A stretch of DNA of 64,000 bases from an uncultured candidate division Zixibacteria bacterium. Lineage in GTDB: Bacteria > Zixibacteria > MSB-5A5 > GN15 > FEB-12. A program made the position numbers and the translations under genes. Positions 9,242 through 19,448 of this stretch are shown piece by piece (positions within the stretch are counted from its first letter, which is position 1; every line of letters starts with the position of its first letter). The stretch spans positions 2,688,001 through 2,752,000 of the forward strand of contig OY760907.1 of NCBI GenBank assembly GCA_963664195.1, given 5' to 3'. Below the pieces are notes generated by a model. That model searched no databases, had not been told where the DNA came from, and was given only the letters and a program-made list of their open reading frames with translations.

Positions 9242-12154
9242 ATGACTACACGAAATACCACCATCACGGTTTTGCTGATCGCCCTCACGACTCTTATCAG
9301 TTCGACTGCTCTTGCCACTGGCTCCGCCGCCAGAATGAGCGGTTTTGATTTGGTTGACAAAGTCGATGCTTCCGCTAACGATCTGGTGTCAATCGTCGTA
9401 TTCCTCGAAGATGAACAGGTTCAGGAACAGGTCTACCGTGCTGCGGTGATGCCGGATGTCACCCGCGCTGCCCGGATTAAGTCTGTCAGCGAGCGTTTGC
9501 AGTCATTCAAGCCGGCCTGTTACGACCGGATTGCCGCGTATCTCGATAACAACTCCACTGAGCCGATTACCCGCCTCTGGATTGTCCCGGCGATGTCGGC
9601 CACGCTCACTCGCGCCCAGGTCAGCGAACTGGCCGAGATGGACGGCGTGAAGCTGGTCATTCCGGATGTCGAAATCGAAGGTATAGACCCGGTCGAAGAA
9701 CGCAGTATTCCGAGGACTTCCCCTGCCGCCGCCTCGATACCGCTCAACGTGCTCAACGTGCCGCATCTCTGGAATCTCGGTCTTCATGGCGAAGGCCGCG
9801 TCGTCTGTTCTTTCGATACCGGTGTTGAAGAATCTCATCCGGCTCTCACCGGCAACTGGAGAGGCAACAACGCCTCCCTGCGTTCCTCCTGGATGTCAAC
9901 CGTGGCTCCCGACAGCCTTCCTTATGATAAGAAGGGTCACGGCTCCCATACGATGGGCTGCATGGTTGGTGTCGACGGTGCTGACACCATCGGAGTTGCT
10001 CCGGGTGCCGAGTGGATCACCGCCGCTGTGGTTGATCAGGGCAAGACGCTCTCCGCCACCATTACCGATATCCTCCTCGCCTTCCAGTGGGCGATGAATC
10101 CCGACGGCAACTCCAACACTGCCGTCGATGTCCCGGATGTTATTCTCAATAGCTGGGGTGTCCCGGCGACCCTGTTCGATGCCTGCGACGACACGTTCTG
10201 GCGGGCGATTGACAACGTTGAAGCAGCCGGTATCGTGACGATATTCGCCGCCGGCAACGAAGGTCCGAACCCTGAGACGATCCGCAATCCGGCCAACCGC
10301 GCCACTACCGCCATCAACTCGTTTGCCGTCGGCGCCGTAAATAATGACAAGGTTGTGGCTGACTTCTCCTCCCGCGGCCCGGCGATTTGCAGCGAAGCCG
10401 CTATCAAGCCGGAAGTTGTCGCCCCCGGTGTCTCTATCCGCTCGGTTGACAGTAACGGCGGTTACAAGTTTATGAGCGGCACCTCAATGGCTGCTCCGTA
10501 CGTGGCCGGTCTCGTCGCCCTCTGCCGCCAGTACAATCCGGATTGCACGGTTGAAGATATCAAGTGGGCGCTGATTCGTTCCGCTGAAGATCTCGGCCCG
10601 GTCGGCGAAGACAACGCCTACGGCAACGGTCTCGTCGATGCCTCCAGGATTCTCCAGTACCTCCCGAGCGGCCAGCAGCCGGACTTCTCGATTGCCAGCG
10701 TGTCTGTTGTCGATGAAAACGGTGCCGCCCCGGACGAAACGTTCGACCTCCGTGTCATGCTGAACAACAGCAACGGCAATGTGCAGCAGGTCACCGGCCA
10801 CCTGTCGACCTCGACCGCTTCCGGCGTTACGATCCTGGACGAAACCTCGACCTTTTTCTTCGGTGAAGGCGGCACAACCGCACTCAATACCAGTGCCTTC
10901 AGCGTGCACTTCGACAATACTATTTACAACGGCCAGGGAGTTGATTTCACTCTGACCCTTGAGGGCAGCGACGGCTACGATTTCGGCAGCCTTGACATCG
11001 CGCTCACCTGCGGATTTGCCCCGGCTGGCGAAGTTGTCTTGCACAATGACGGCCTGATAGATTTCTCCGTGACCGACTTCGGTCAGTACGGTCTTGCCCA
11101 GGGTTCGATCTACCCGGCCAACGGCGCCGGCTTCCGGTACAACGGCTCTGACAATCTTCTGTACGAAGCGGGTATTATCGTCGGTCGCAGCGCTCTCCAG
11201 CTCTCCAGTGCCGTCCGCGGCGCCGAGAGCAAGTATCAGCCGTCCGACTTCGCTCCCGTGAGATCGATCAGCCAGGCTCTGACAGGAAGCGACCAGGGCA
11301 CCCACAGATTGGCCCGCATTGCCGATAGTGATTCCGATATTCCGCTTCCGATCACCATCTCTCAGGAGACTGTCGACTACAGTACGTTTGTCGATGACGG
11401 CGTAATCATGGTAAGATATCAGATCGTCAATAACTCGCTCGAGCCGCTGACCGGCATGCACTTCGGTTTTCTGGCCGACTTTGACCTCTCCGACGGTCTC
11501 GATGCCGCCTACTTCGACGATTCCCTCGGACTCGTCTACCAGCAGGCTGCCAGCGGCCCGATGGTCGGTCTCAAGACTCTCGCCGGTGTAGCATCGGTCT
11601 CGATTCTCGACAACGGCGACACCAAACTTGGCTTGACTCGCCAGGATCAGTTCAACCTGATCTCCGGCGGTTCGCACCTCGCCGAGGGCGTCACCAGCGA
11701 CGTCATGTTCATGGTGAGTACCGCTGCGCTGACCATTCAGCCGGGCGACTCCTCCGAGGTTGCTTTTGCTCTCGTGGCCGGAGACAGTTTTGACGAGCTG
11801 ACCGCTCGTGCCGTACGCGCAAACGAGTTGTTTGCCGTTCCGACCAGCGTCGATGACACTCAGGCCGCCCTCCCGGTAGACTTTGAATTGGCCCAGAACT
11901 ACCCGAATCCGTTCAATCCGACCACCAATATCTCCTTCACCCTCCCCAGCGCCGGCGACGTTACACTCACCGTGTACAACGCCCTCGGCCAGACGGTGAG
12001 TCAGCTTGCTGCGGGCACCCTGCCTGCCGGTACTCATACCGTTGAGTGGGATGCGACCAACGACTCCGGCGATTCTGTCGCCAGCGGCGTATACTTCTAC
12101 AGACTGCAGAGCGGCGATTTTAGCGACAGCCGCAAAATGGTACTTTTGCGATAG
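9242..12154 (+). CDS. Secreted S8 subtilase (bacillopeptidase F-like) with T9SS/FlgD-type C-terminal domain
   Basis: Catalytic motifs FDTG, HGSHTMG, AAGN, GTSMAAP; tail LAQNYPNPFNP..YNALGQ..SGVYFYRL..KMVLLR. Confidence 0.92.
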   Translation: MTTRNTTITVLLIALTTLISSTALATGSAARMSGFDLVDKVDASANDLVSIVVFLEDEQVQEQVYRAAVMPDVTRAARIKSVSERLQSFKPACYDRIAAYLDNNSTEPITRLWIVPAMSATLTRAQVSELAEMDGVKLVIPDVEIEGIDPVEERSIPRTSPAAASIPLNVLNVPHLWNLGLHGEGRVVCSFDTGVEESHPALTGNWRGNNASLRSSWMSTVAPDSLPYDKKGHGSHTMGCMVGVDGADTIGVAPGAEWITAAVVDQGKTLSATITDILLAFQWAMNPDGNSNTAVDVPDVILNSWGVPATLFDACDDTFWRAIDNVEAAGIVTIFAAGNEGPNPETIRNPANRATTAINSFAVGAVNNDKVVADFSSRGPAICSEAAIKPEVVAPGVSIRSVDSNGGYKFMSGTSMAAPYVAGLVALCRQYNPDCTVEDIKWALIRSAEDLGPVGEDNAYGNGLVDASRILQYLPSGQQPDFSIASVSVVDENGAAPDETFDLRVMLNNSNGNVQQVTGHLSTSTASGVTILDETSTFFFGEGGTTALNTSAFSVHFDNTIYNGQGVDFTLTLEGSDGYDFGSLDIALTCGFAPAGEVVLHNDGLIDFSVTDFGQYGLAQGSIYPANGAGFRYNGSDNLLYEAGIIVGRSALQLSSAVRGAESKYQPSDFAPVRSISQALTGSDQGTHRLARIADSDSDIPLPITISQETVDYSTFVDDGVIMVRYQIVNNSLEPLTGMHFGFLADFDLSDGLDAAYFDDSLGLVYQQAASGPMVGLKTLAGVASVSILDNGDTKLGLTRQDQFNLISGGSHLAEGVTSDVMFMVSTAALTIQPGDSSEVAFALVAGDSFDELTARAVRANELFAVPTSVDDTQAALPVDFELAQNYPNPFNPTTNISFTLPSAGDVTLTVYNALGQTVSQLAAGTLPAGTHTVEWDATNDSGDSVASGVYFYRLQSGDFSDSRKMVLLR

Positions 12155-12239
12155 CGCCCAACAGGTTATATTGCAGTGACAATGTTGTGTGACAGGATCG
12201 TTGCATGACGAACCACCCTGCAAAAGGATAGAAGTTGTT

Positions 12240-15032
12240 ATGCGCTCTATAACCCCAATATCGCTCATCATCGTTGCGCTCTGCATCTTGACTATGGCGA
12301 GTGTGGCGTTTGCTTGCCCCCCATCTCCGGACGCTATTGAGAAGTTCAAGGCCGAAGGTGTCTGGGAAGAGAAGCTCGAAAACTTAAGACTGTATCACCA
12401 GCGTCAATTACAGGAACTGGCACAGACCAGAGAGGCCAACCGGGTCGGCAGGCAGCGGCTTGACGCTCTTGCCGATGGCGAGGTCGATACCTCCTACGTA
12501 ATGGTTATCCTGGTGGACTTCCCGGACTATACGTTCGATTCTACTCACTATGACGCTCCGGTCGGGAATGCAGACATATACTCATCGGTGGCCGGTAGTC
12601 GTGACATGTTTGACTCGCTGCTGTTTTCCCGACGTGACGTCGATGCGGTCTTCAATCCCACCGGCTCCCTGACAGAGTTTTATCAGGAAAACACGCTCGG
12701 TTCAAAGCTGATTCTCGGCAATGTGTATGGATGGTACACCATGCCCGAGGACTATAGCTGGTATGTGGGCGGAGATGACGGCATAAGCCGAGGTAGCATA
12801 CTGGCCCACAGCGCTTGTAGCACGGCCTACGCCAGCGGAGCCGATTTCAGGGATCACACTATCGACGGCTACAACGTACCGGGTGTCATTATCGTCCATG
12901 CCGGACCGGGTGCGGAGACCGGCGCATACGGTGTTTGGTCGCACAAGAGCACCTTCAGCCCGAGTCAGATTGGCATTTACTACATCAACGGTTATTCGAT
13001 GAACCCCGAAGAGCAGGGAGCCACGCTTTCCAATATGGGAGTATTTGCTCACGAGTGGGGACATGTACTCGGTGCGGTTGACCTCTATGATGTCGATTAC
13101 AGCCCCGCCGGTTCAAACGGAATCGGGAAGTACTCCGTAATGGCGGGCGGAAGCTGGAACAACGGGGGACAGTCGCCATCCCATTTCGATGCCTTCCACA
13201 AGATAGATTTGAACTTCACTGATTTCATTTCAGTTTCGGCAAATGTCCGCCAACAACCGATCCCGCAAGTGGAGACTGATGGTGTTATCTACTTCCTTCC
13301 GGATAATCTGAGCGGCGGCTCAAACGAGTATTGGCTGGTGGAAAACAGACAACGGGTGGGGCTGTTTGATCCCTTTCTGCCGGGAGACGGTCTGCTCATC
13401 TATCATGTCGACAACCTCGCTCCCAAGCCGCAAACCGACCCCAATCGCTACTATGTCGCAGTTGAACAGGCCGACGGACTCAACTCGCTGGCCTTTGGCG
13501 GCAGCAGCGGTGATGCCGGTGACTACTGGCCGGGATCAACTGACAACCGTGATTTCTTCACCTACTCTGTGCCGAATTCTCGCCTCAATGTGGGCGACTC
13601 TATCTCTCAGGTGGGGGTCTGGGATATCAGTGACTCTGATTCTCTGATGTACGCCGATTTCGACGTGGTTTACTCCCGCCCCTGGCTGGTCCTTGCCGAC
13701 GATTCCCTGACCCTGGAAGATCCCGCACCGGACGGCAATGCCAACGGTATCTGGGAACAGGGTGAGACAATTGAGCTTCAGATGGAAGTCCAAAACGTGA
13801 TGGCAGGCGGGTTTGTTCCTTATGCCTTCTTGTCGTGTGATGCTCCGGAGATCGAGATTCTAACCGACTCGGTTGGCATGGGTGTGTCCTTGAATCCCGC
13901 TTTCAGACAGACATTCGCCAGCCCAATCCAGTTCCGCATCCCGGACGACTTCAGTACAAGAACTGTGAATTTTACCGTTACAGTGAAGTCTAAAGTGAGT
14001 TTTGGCGACTTAGAACGTGCGAATGTGAACATCATTACGTTCGATGCCATGATTGGCACCACGCAGATTCTTCTGGTCGACGATGACAACGGTCGTACCG
14101 ATGAGACAAGGTTCATCACCGCGCTCGATGAACTGGACCTGACGTACGATGTGTGGAACAAGTACTCGCAAGGCTCGCCGACCTTCACGGATCTGTCGAA
14201 GTACAAAGCCGTTTTCTGGATGACCGGTCGCAGCAATTCAGGCTCCGCGCTGGTGGCGGCAGATGTTACGGCCATGCAAGCCTTTCTCGACAACAGCGGC
14301 TCGCTCTGCCTGACCAGTCTGACTGCGACCCAGCAACTTCAGAGTCTCAACCCGACCTTCATGTCGAACTATCTGCATGCCACTCCGGGAAGCGGTGCGT
14401 ACACGTCTTATTACTATCTTGGGGTCGATGGCAACCCGGTAGGGGACCAGAGATTCCATCGGAGCCTGATCACCTCGGACAGCGTCTCTCTGATCCTGCC
14501 GGGCAGTGGTGCCGATGCCGCGTTTATTCTGACCGATGTCAGTCAGGCCGAGAATTACGGGACCTGCGGTGTCACCTACGATGGCGCCTACAACACAGCG
14601 TTCCTGACGTTCTCCATCGAGTATTTGAGTACGACCACCGGTGGAACCACCGAACCGCCAGCGGTTCTGATTAGTCGAATACTGAGCTTCTTTGATGTAG
14701 GTCCGGCACTGGCGGTCGACGAAGACGAAGCCCCGAGTGTGCTGCCGCAGGGCTTCCGCCTGGCGCAGAATTACCCGAATCCGTTTAACCCGTCGACAAC
14801 AATATCCTACACCATCGGTGCCGGCGATCCGACCCGGACTACGCTGTCTATCTTTAACATGTTGGGCCAGAAAGTTGTGACGCTGGTCGACAAGGTACAG
14901 AATGCCGGTGACTACGAGGTGACCTGGGACGGAAAGTCTACCGCCGGGGGCCAGGTGCCAACCGGTATATACCTGTATCGCTTGACTCGCGACAACGTAT
15001 CAGAGACAAAGAAGATGATTTTGCTTAAGTGA
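12240..15032 (+). CDS. Secreted M6 (immune inhibitor A-like) metalloprotease with T9SS/FlgD-type C-terminal domain
   Basis: VILVDFPD, IIVHAG, zinc motif HEWGHVLGAVDLYD, SVMAGGSW, EYWLVENRQ; tail QNYPNPFNP..KKMILLK. ATG 12240 gives a signal peptide. Confidence 0.92.
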   Translation: MRSITPISLIIVALCILTMASVAFACPPSPDAIEKFKAEGVWEEKLENLRLYHQRQLQELAQTREANRVGRQRLDALADGEVDTSYVMVILVDFPDYTFDSTHYDAPVGNADIYSSVAGSRDMFDSLLFSRRDVDAVFNPTGSLTEFYQENTLGSKLILGNVYGWYTMPEDYSWYVGGDDGISRGSILAHSACSTAYASGADFRDHTIDGYNVPGVIIVHAGPGAETGAYGVWSHKSTFSPSQIGIYYINGYSMNPEEQGATLSNMGVFAHEWGHVLGAVDLYDVDYSPAGSNGIGKYSVMAGGSWNNGGQSPSHFDAFHKIDLNFTDFISVSANVRQQPIPQVETDGVIYFLPDNLSGGSNEYWLVENRQRVGLFDPFLPGDGLLIYHVDNLAPKPQTDPNRYYVAVEQADGLNSLAFGGSSGDAGDYWPGSTDNRDFFTYSVPNSRLNVGDSISQVGVWDISDSDSLMYADFDVVYSRPWLVLADDSLTLEDPAPDGNANGIWEQGETIELQMEVQNVMAGGFVPYAFLSCDAPEIEILTDSVGMGVSLNPAFRQTFASPIQFRIPDDFSTRTVNFTVTVKSKVSFGDLERANVNIITFDAMIGTTQILLVDDDNGRTDETRFITALDELDLTYDVWNKYSQGSPTFTDLSKYKAVFWMTGRSNSGSALVAADVTAMQAFLDNSGSLCLTSLTATQQLQSLNPTFMSNYLHATPGSGAYTSYYYLGVDGNPVGDQRFHRSLITSDSVSLILPGSGADAAFILTDVSQAENYGTCGVTYDGAYNTAFLTFSIEYLSTTTGGTTEPPAVLISRILSFFDVGPALAVDEDEAPSVLPQGFRLAQNYPNPFNPSTTISYTIGAGDPTRTTLSIFNMLGQKVVTLVDKVQNAGDYEVTWDGKSTAGGQVPTGIYLYRLTRDNVSETKKMILLK

Positions 15033-15057
15033 TATTTTGACGTTTTCTGTGCTTTTC

Positions 15058-15090
15058 AACCGTCCCTTGCAAATGCAGGGGGCGGTTTTT
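15058..15090 (+). terminator. Rho-independent terminator
   Basis: AACCGTCCCTTGCA-AA-TGCAGGGGGCGGTT followed by a T run. Confidence 0.75.
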
Positions 15091-15130
15091 GTTATTATCC
15101 CGCAAGTACTTAACTATCGATTGTCCCCTT

Positions 15131-15205
15131 AATGAAAAATCTCTTCATTTCGCTTGACTTTTTCGCCGATATGTATATCATTGAAAATGAAATTCGATTT
15201 CATTT
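15131..15205 (+). promoter_or_regulatory. sigma70-like promoter with Fur-box-like palindromes
   Basis: TTGACT (15154) and TATCAT (15176); perfect palindrome AAATGAAAT-TCG-ATTTCATTT (15185-15205); imperfect AATGAA-N7-TTCATT (15131-15149); directly upstream of fur-feoAB. Confidence 0.65.
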
Positions 15206-15232
15206 GACTTCAATGGTGAAGGATTCGACCGG

Positions 15233-15673
15233 ATGAGAGAGTTTCTGAAGACCAAGGGATTCAAGATGACCGCCCAGCGGGAGCTTATATTCCGGTCTTT
15301 CTTTGAAATGGACAAACATGTCTCGGTCGATGAACTTTACGACAAGATCAGGGCAATTGACAACTCCGTCGGATACAGTACAGTTTGGCGGAACCTGAAG
15401 TTGATTTGCAAGGTTGGATTGGCCGAAGAGGTCAATCTTGGCGATGGCGTGACGCGCTACGATCCGGTGACCAAGGTGCCTCACGGTCATCTGTACTGCC
15501 TCGAGTGCAAGGAGTTGGTCGAGTTTGATGTTGCCAGGGTGATTGACTTTCTAAGCGTCGTCGCCGGTGACCGTGACTTCACTCCGGAAGGATACAAGAT
15601 AGAGATTCAGGGTTTCTGTTCGAAATGCCAGAAGGCACGACAGAAGCTCGCTGAGAACAAAACAACGAACTAG
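15233..15673 (+). CDS. fur: Fur family transcriptional regulator
   Basis: KMTAQR, H.SVDELY, STVWRNL, HGHLYCLEC, G.CSKC motifs; first gene of the feo operon. Confidence 0.9.
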   Translation: MREFLKTKGFKMTAQRELIFRSFFEMDKHVSVDELYDKIRAIDNSVGYSTVWRNLKLICKVGLAEEVNLGDGVTRYDPVTKVPHGHLYCLECKELVEFDVARVIDFLSVVAGDRDFTPEGYKIEIQGFCSKCQKARQKLAENKTTN

Positions 15674-15751
15674 CGTGCCGGCCGTACCACGAGCATACGT
15701 CGGCATTACGCGGCCGCTGCCTGTGAGATGGCAATAGAAGGATAGATTTAC

Positions 15752-15982
15752 ATGACCTTCCTGGATAAATTGACACCCGGACAAACCGCAAAAGTAGTCG
15801 GTTTCACCGATGACAGTCCTATTGTACGTCGCCTGACCGAGCTCGGCCTGGTGCCGGGACGCACGGTCAAGTATTTGCGCAATGCTCCCCTCAAAGATCC
15901 GCTGCAACTCCAGGTTGGCACGTCGAGCCTGAGTATGAGACATTCAGAGGCTTCGCTGGTAACGGTGGAAGTAGAAGACTAG
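15752..15982 (+). CDS. feoA: Ferrous iron transport protein A
   Basis: RRLTELGLVPG..APLKDP SH3-like FeoA pattern; precedes feoB. Confidence 0.93.
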   Translation: MTFLDKLTPGQTAKVVGFTDDSPIVRRLTELGLVPGRTVKYLRNAPLKDPLQLQVGTSSLSMRHSEASLVTVEVED

Positions 15983-16003
15983 AAGCGGGTCAGAATCACA
16001 TTC

Positions 16004-18418
16004 ATGGGCGTTTCGCGTTCCTCCAGAACAACTGCCAGCGAGGCTACTGTGGCCATTTGCGGCAATCCGAATTGCGGCAAAACGACCATTTTCAATGCTA
16101 TCACCGGCCTGCGTCAGAAGGTCGGCAATTATCCCGGCGTGACGGTCGACAAAACGATCGGCACCTTCCGGATCGAGACTCATCCTGACGCCAAATACAA
16201 GCTGGTCGATATTCCCGGCAGTTATTCTCTGGCTGCTTTTTCTCCCGATGAATACATAGCAACGCAGGCTCTGTCCGGCTGTCTTAAGAATGAGTCAAGG
16301 CCGGATGTGATCATCAGCGTCATCGATGCCACCAATCTCGAGCGTGGGCTGTACCTCCTGTTTCAGGTCATGCAGGTGGGAGTGCCGATTGTGGTGGCAC
16401 TCAATATGGTCGATCTGGCGGAAAAACGCGGTATCGCAATCGACCATGTGAAACTGTCAGATCTGCTGGGAGGCGTCCCGGTCGTCCCGGTGGTAGGAAG
16501 CAAAGGCATCGGGATCAATGGTCTGAAGGTGGAACTGACCGGAATGATCGAGAAGCCGGTGAAGCCAAACGTCGAGACCTACGACAAGATTACCGAACAG
16601 ATGATCTCCGACTTGTTGAAAACCTGCCCATGCGGACGACGTTCTCGTGCGGAATATCTCCGCGTCCTGTTCGATAAATCAGGTCCCGCTGAGAAGGATT
16701 TTATCAAACGTGAGGGAGAGGACAAGCGTCCGTACCTGGAAGAGTGCCGGGGCCGGCTGATAGAGGAGTTTGGAGCGCTGTCAGTTGCCGAAACCAGTCC
16801 GCTGACAAACAAGGCGGCAGAGCTATGCCGCCAGGTGGTTACCTCACGAAAGACAACCGAACTGACTACTACCGAGAAGATTGATAAGGTTGTATTGCAT
16901 CCGGTGATGGGGCCGATCATTCTTGTCGGACTGATGATCGTTGTGTTTCAATCAATCTTCAGTTGGGCCGAGCCGGTCATGAATTTCGTGGACAGTGCGT
17001 TCGGGGCGCTCGGTGGATTGGTTGCCTCATCGATGGTCGAGGGACCGTTGCGGTCTCTGTTGGTCGATGGGATCATTGGCGGCGTAGGCTCGGTCATCAT
17101 TTTTCTGCCGCAAATCGTGATTCTGTTCATCTTCATTGCTTTTCTTGAGGATTCCGGTTACATGCCCCGTGCGGCGTTTATCGTTGATCGGCTGTTCGGC
17201 TGGTGCGGGCTTTCCGGCAAGTCATTCATCCCGATGCTCTCCTCGTTTGCCTGTGCGATTCCGGGGATTATGGCCACACGGACTATCGAAGACCGCAAAC
17301 TCCGAATTGTCACCATTATGGTTGCGCCGCTGATGAGCTGCTCGGCGCGGTTGCCGGTGTACACTATCATGATCGCGGCGTTCATTCCCCACAAGACATA
17401 CTTCGGCCTGTTCAATTCACAGGGATTGCTGTTGACGGCACTCTACGCAATGGGCATAGTCATGGCCGTGGTGCTTTCGTTTATTGTTAATCGGGTCATA
17501 TACAAGCGTTCGGGTCGTGGCTCGTTTGTGATGGAGATGCCCACGTACAACCTTCCCACACCCCGCTCCGTATTCATTCGCATCTTCAGCAGAGTTCAGT
17601 CATTCCTTGCCAGGGCAGGTACGGTCATTATGGCGATAACGATTATTATCTGGGCCGTCAGCTATTTCCCTCGCGCTCCTGAGATTTCCGGGGAGTATAC
17701 CTCGCGGGCCGAAACGGCCGAGGCCGCCTTTGTGGCGGAGACAACCGCTCTTGACGAGCAGATCGGCAGTCTGTCGATTGAGATGCAACGGGCAATGCCC
17801 GCGCAGTGGACAGACGAGTTATCGGCATGTCAGTCTGAAGCGGACGTTCAGGAGAAGAAAGATGTCCTTACCGGGGCGAATCCGGAGATTGCCGATTTGC
17901 TCGATCTGGCGGCAAATCGTCGAATACTCGAGATCCGTCTGAGTAAGGAGCTTAATCGGCTGGGCAACGCCGAAGCAGGCGCGCAGTTAAGCAACTCCTA
18001 TTTCGGTCGTGCCGGTCGTGCCGTTGCGCCCGTTTTTGCTCCTCTTGGCTGGGATTGGAAGATAACCATGGCCACACTGGCCTCGTTCCCCGCCAGAGAA
18101 GTTATTATCGCCACGCTGGGTACAATTTACAACCTCGGCACAGAGCAGGATGAGGAATCTCTCTCTCTGATCGAGAAAATGCGACTGGCGACCTGGGAAG
18201 ACGGCCCTAAAATGGGACAACGAGTGTTCACGCCCGCCGTCGCTCTGTCGGTGATGATCTTCTTTGCCCTGTGTGCGCAATGCGGCGCAACGCTGGTAAC
18301 CATAAAGGGGGAGACGACTCAATGGAAGTACTCCCTGATTGCTTTCAGTTATCTGACGATCCTCGCCTATGTTTCTGCGCTGATCGTGTATCAAGTATTC
18401 AGCAGGATGGGATACTAG
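16004..18418 (+). CDS. feoB: Ferrous iron transport protein B
   Basis: GNPNCGKTT, VGNYPGVTV, DIPG, NMVD G-motifs; membrane domain with LEDSGYMPR and SCSARLPVY. Confidence 0.97.
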   Translation: MGVSRSSRTTASEATVAICGNPNCGKTTIFNAITGLRQKVGNYPGVTVDKTIGTFRIETHPDAKYKLVDIPGSYSLAAFSPDEYIATQALSGCLKNESRPDVIISVIDATNLERGLYLLFQVMQVGVPIVVALNMVDLAEKRGIAIDHVKLSDLLGGVPVVPVVGSKGIGINGLKVELTGMIEKPVKPNVETYDKITEQMISDLLKTCPCGRRSRAEYLRVLFDKSGPAEKDFIKREGEDKRPYLEECRGRLIEEFGALSVAETSPLTNKAAELCRQVVTSRKTTELTTTEKIDKVVLHPVMGPIILVGLMIVVFQSIFSWAEPVMNFVDSAFGALGGLVASSMVEGPLRSLLVDGIIGGVGSVIIFLPQIVILFIFIAFLEDSGYMPRAAFIVDRLFGWCGLSGKSFIPMLSSFACAIPGIMATRTIEDRKLRIVTIMVAPLMSCSARLPVYTIMIAAFIPHKTYFGLFNSQGLLLTALYAMGIVMAVVLSFIVNRVIYKRSGRGSFVMEMPTYNLPTPRSVFIRIFSRVQSFLARAGTVIMAITIIIWAVSYFPRAPEISGEYTSRAETAEAAFVAETTALDEQIGSLSIEMQRAMPAQWTDELSACQSEADVQEKKDVLTGANPEIADLLDLAANRRILEIRLSKELNRLGNAEAGAQLSNSYFGRAGRAVAPVFAPLGWDWKITMATLASFPAREVIIATLGTIYNLGTEQDEESLSLIEKMRLATWEDGPKMGQRVFTPAVALSVMIFFALCAQCGATLVTIKGETTQWKYSLIAFSYLTILAYVSALIVYQVFSRMGY

Positions 18419-18419
18419 T

Positions 18420-18581
18420 ATGGATATGCTATGGCAGCAGATTATCATCGGGGTGGCTATAGCCGGTGCGCTTGGTTACCTTGTGTTCTTTTTCATCCGC
18501 AAACGGCGTAGCAAGACCGGCTGTGCCAACTGTGCCCTGATGCAGGCTTCGCGGCGTTCAAACGATGCCTCGCATAGATAG
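18420..18581 (+). CDS. FeoB-associated Cys-rich small membrane protein (53 aa, absent from the ORF track)
   Basis: My translation: MDMLWQQIIIGVAIAGALGYLVFFFIRKRRSKTGCANCALMQASRRSNDASHR, i.e. TM helix, basic patch and CxxC, starting 1 nt after the feoB stop. Confidence 0.75.
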   Translation: MDMLWQQIIIGVAIAGALGYLVFFFIRKRRSKTGCANCALMQASRRSNDASHR

Positions 18582-18642
18582 CTGGAACGGTCGATTGACT
18601 TTTCCCTTCCAGACCCTATATTCCGCTGTCCTATAATACGTT

Positions 18643-19446
18643 ATGTTTCAATCAGCGCCCATATTGCTGGGGCAGTATCGCCCCATGGATTCGTTCCTTC
18701 ACCGGCTCGATGCCCGCGCTAAACTGCTGCCGGTTTTGTTGGTGATGATCCTTGGGTTGCTTACCGACTCACCTGTTTTCTATCTCACCCTGCTGACAGC
18801 ACTTATACTTTCGTTGTTGCTCTCCGGTATCACGATCCGGACGCTGGCGCGAAACCTCAAACCCATTCTGATTCTGGTCGGCATCACGTTTCTGTATCAT
18901 GTCCTTTTCAGCGGGAGAGGCGGAGAAGCGGTCTTTGATATTTTCGGGTTTGCGGTTACGTACGACGGCCTGAGCAAGGCAGTCTTCTTTTCGATGCGGC
19001 TGATGCTGTTCGTGGTAATCGCTTTTCTGGTGACCCTGACGAATTCTCCTTCGGAGTTGGCTGAAGCTATCACCAGTCTTCTCAAACCGCTGGAGAGGAT
19101 CGGCGTACCGGCCGGTGATCTGGGGCTTATCCTGTTCATTGCGATACGGTTCATCCCGATTCTCTACGGCGAGTTTGTAGCGGTACGAAACGCCCAGATT
19201 ATTCGGGGAGTTGATTTCTCAGGAAGTCTCATCAATCGGATTCGGAAGACAGCCGCGATACTCATTCCCGTTCTCGTAGGGGCAATCGGGCGCGCCGACG
19301 AGCTGGCACTGGCGATGGAAGCGCGGGGGTATCGGTCAGGCAAGCGACGTACGTTCTTCAGACAGTCGGTCTTCGACCGCAACGCGTGGCTGTTCATGCT
19401 GGGAAGTTCGGCAGGTGTTGTCCTGCTGTATTACATCACCGGGTGA
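18643..19446 (+). CDS. ecfT: Energy-coupling factor transporter transmembrane T component
   Basis: S.LHRLDARAK, IAIRFIP, AQIIRG and AMEARGY coupling-helix motifs. Confidence 0.92.
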   Translation: MFQSAPILLGQYRPMDSFLHRLDARAKLLPVLLVMILGLLTDSPVFYLTLLTALILSLLLSGITIRTLARNLKPILILVGITFLYHVLFSGRGGEAVFDIFGFAVTYDGLSKAVFFSMRLMLFVVIAFLVTLTNSPSELAEAITSLLKPLERIGVPAGDLGLILFIAIRFIPILYGEFVAVRNAQIIRGVDFSGSLINRIRKTAAILIPVLVGAIGRADELALAMEARGYRSGKRRTFFRQSVFDRNAWLFMLGSSAGVVLLYYITG

Positions 19447-19448
19447 TT

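Noticed and set aside
10484..12349. 621-aa minus-strand ORF
   Set aside because: Antisense shadow of the S8 protease gene, expected from codon bias; no motifs.
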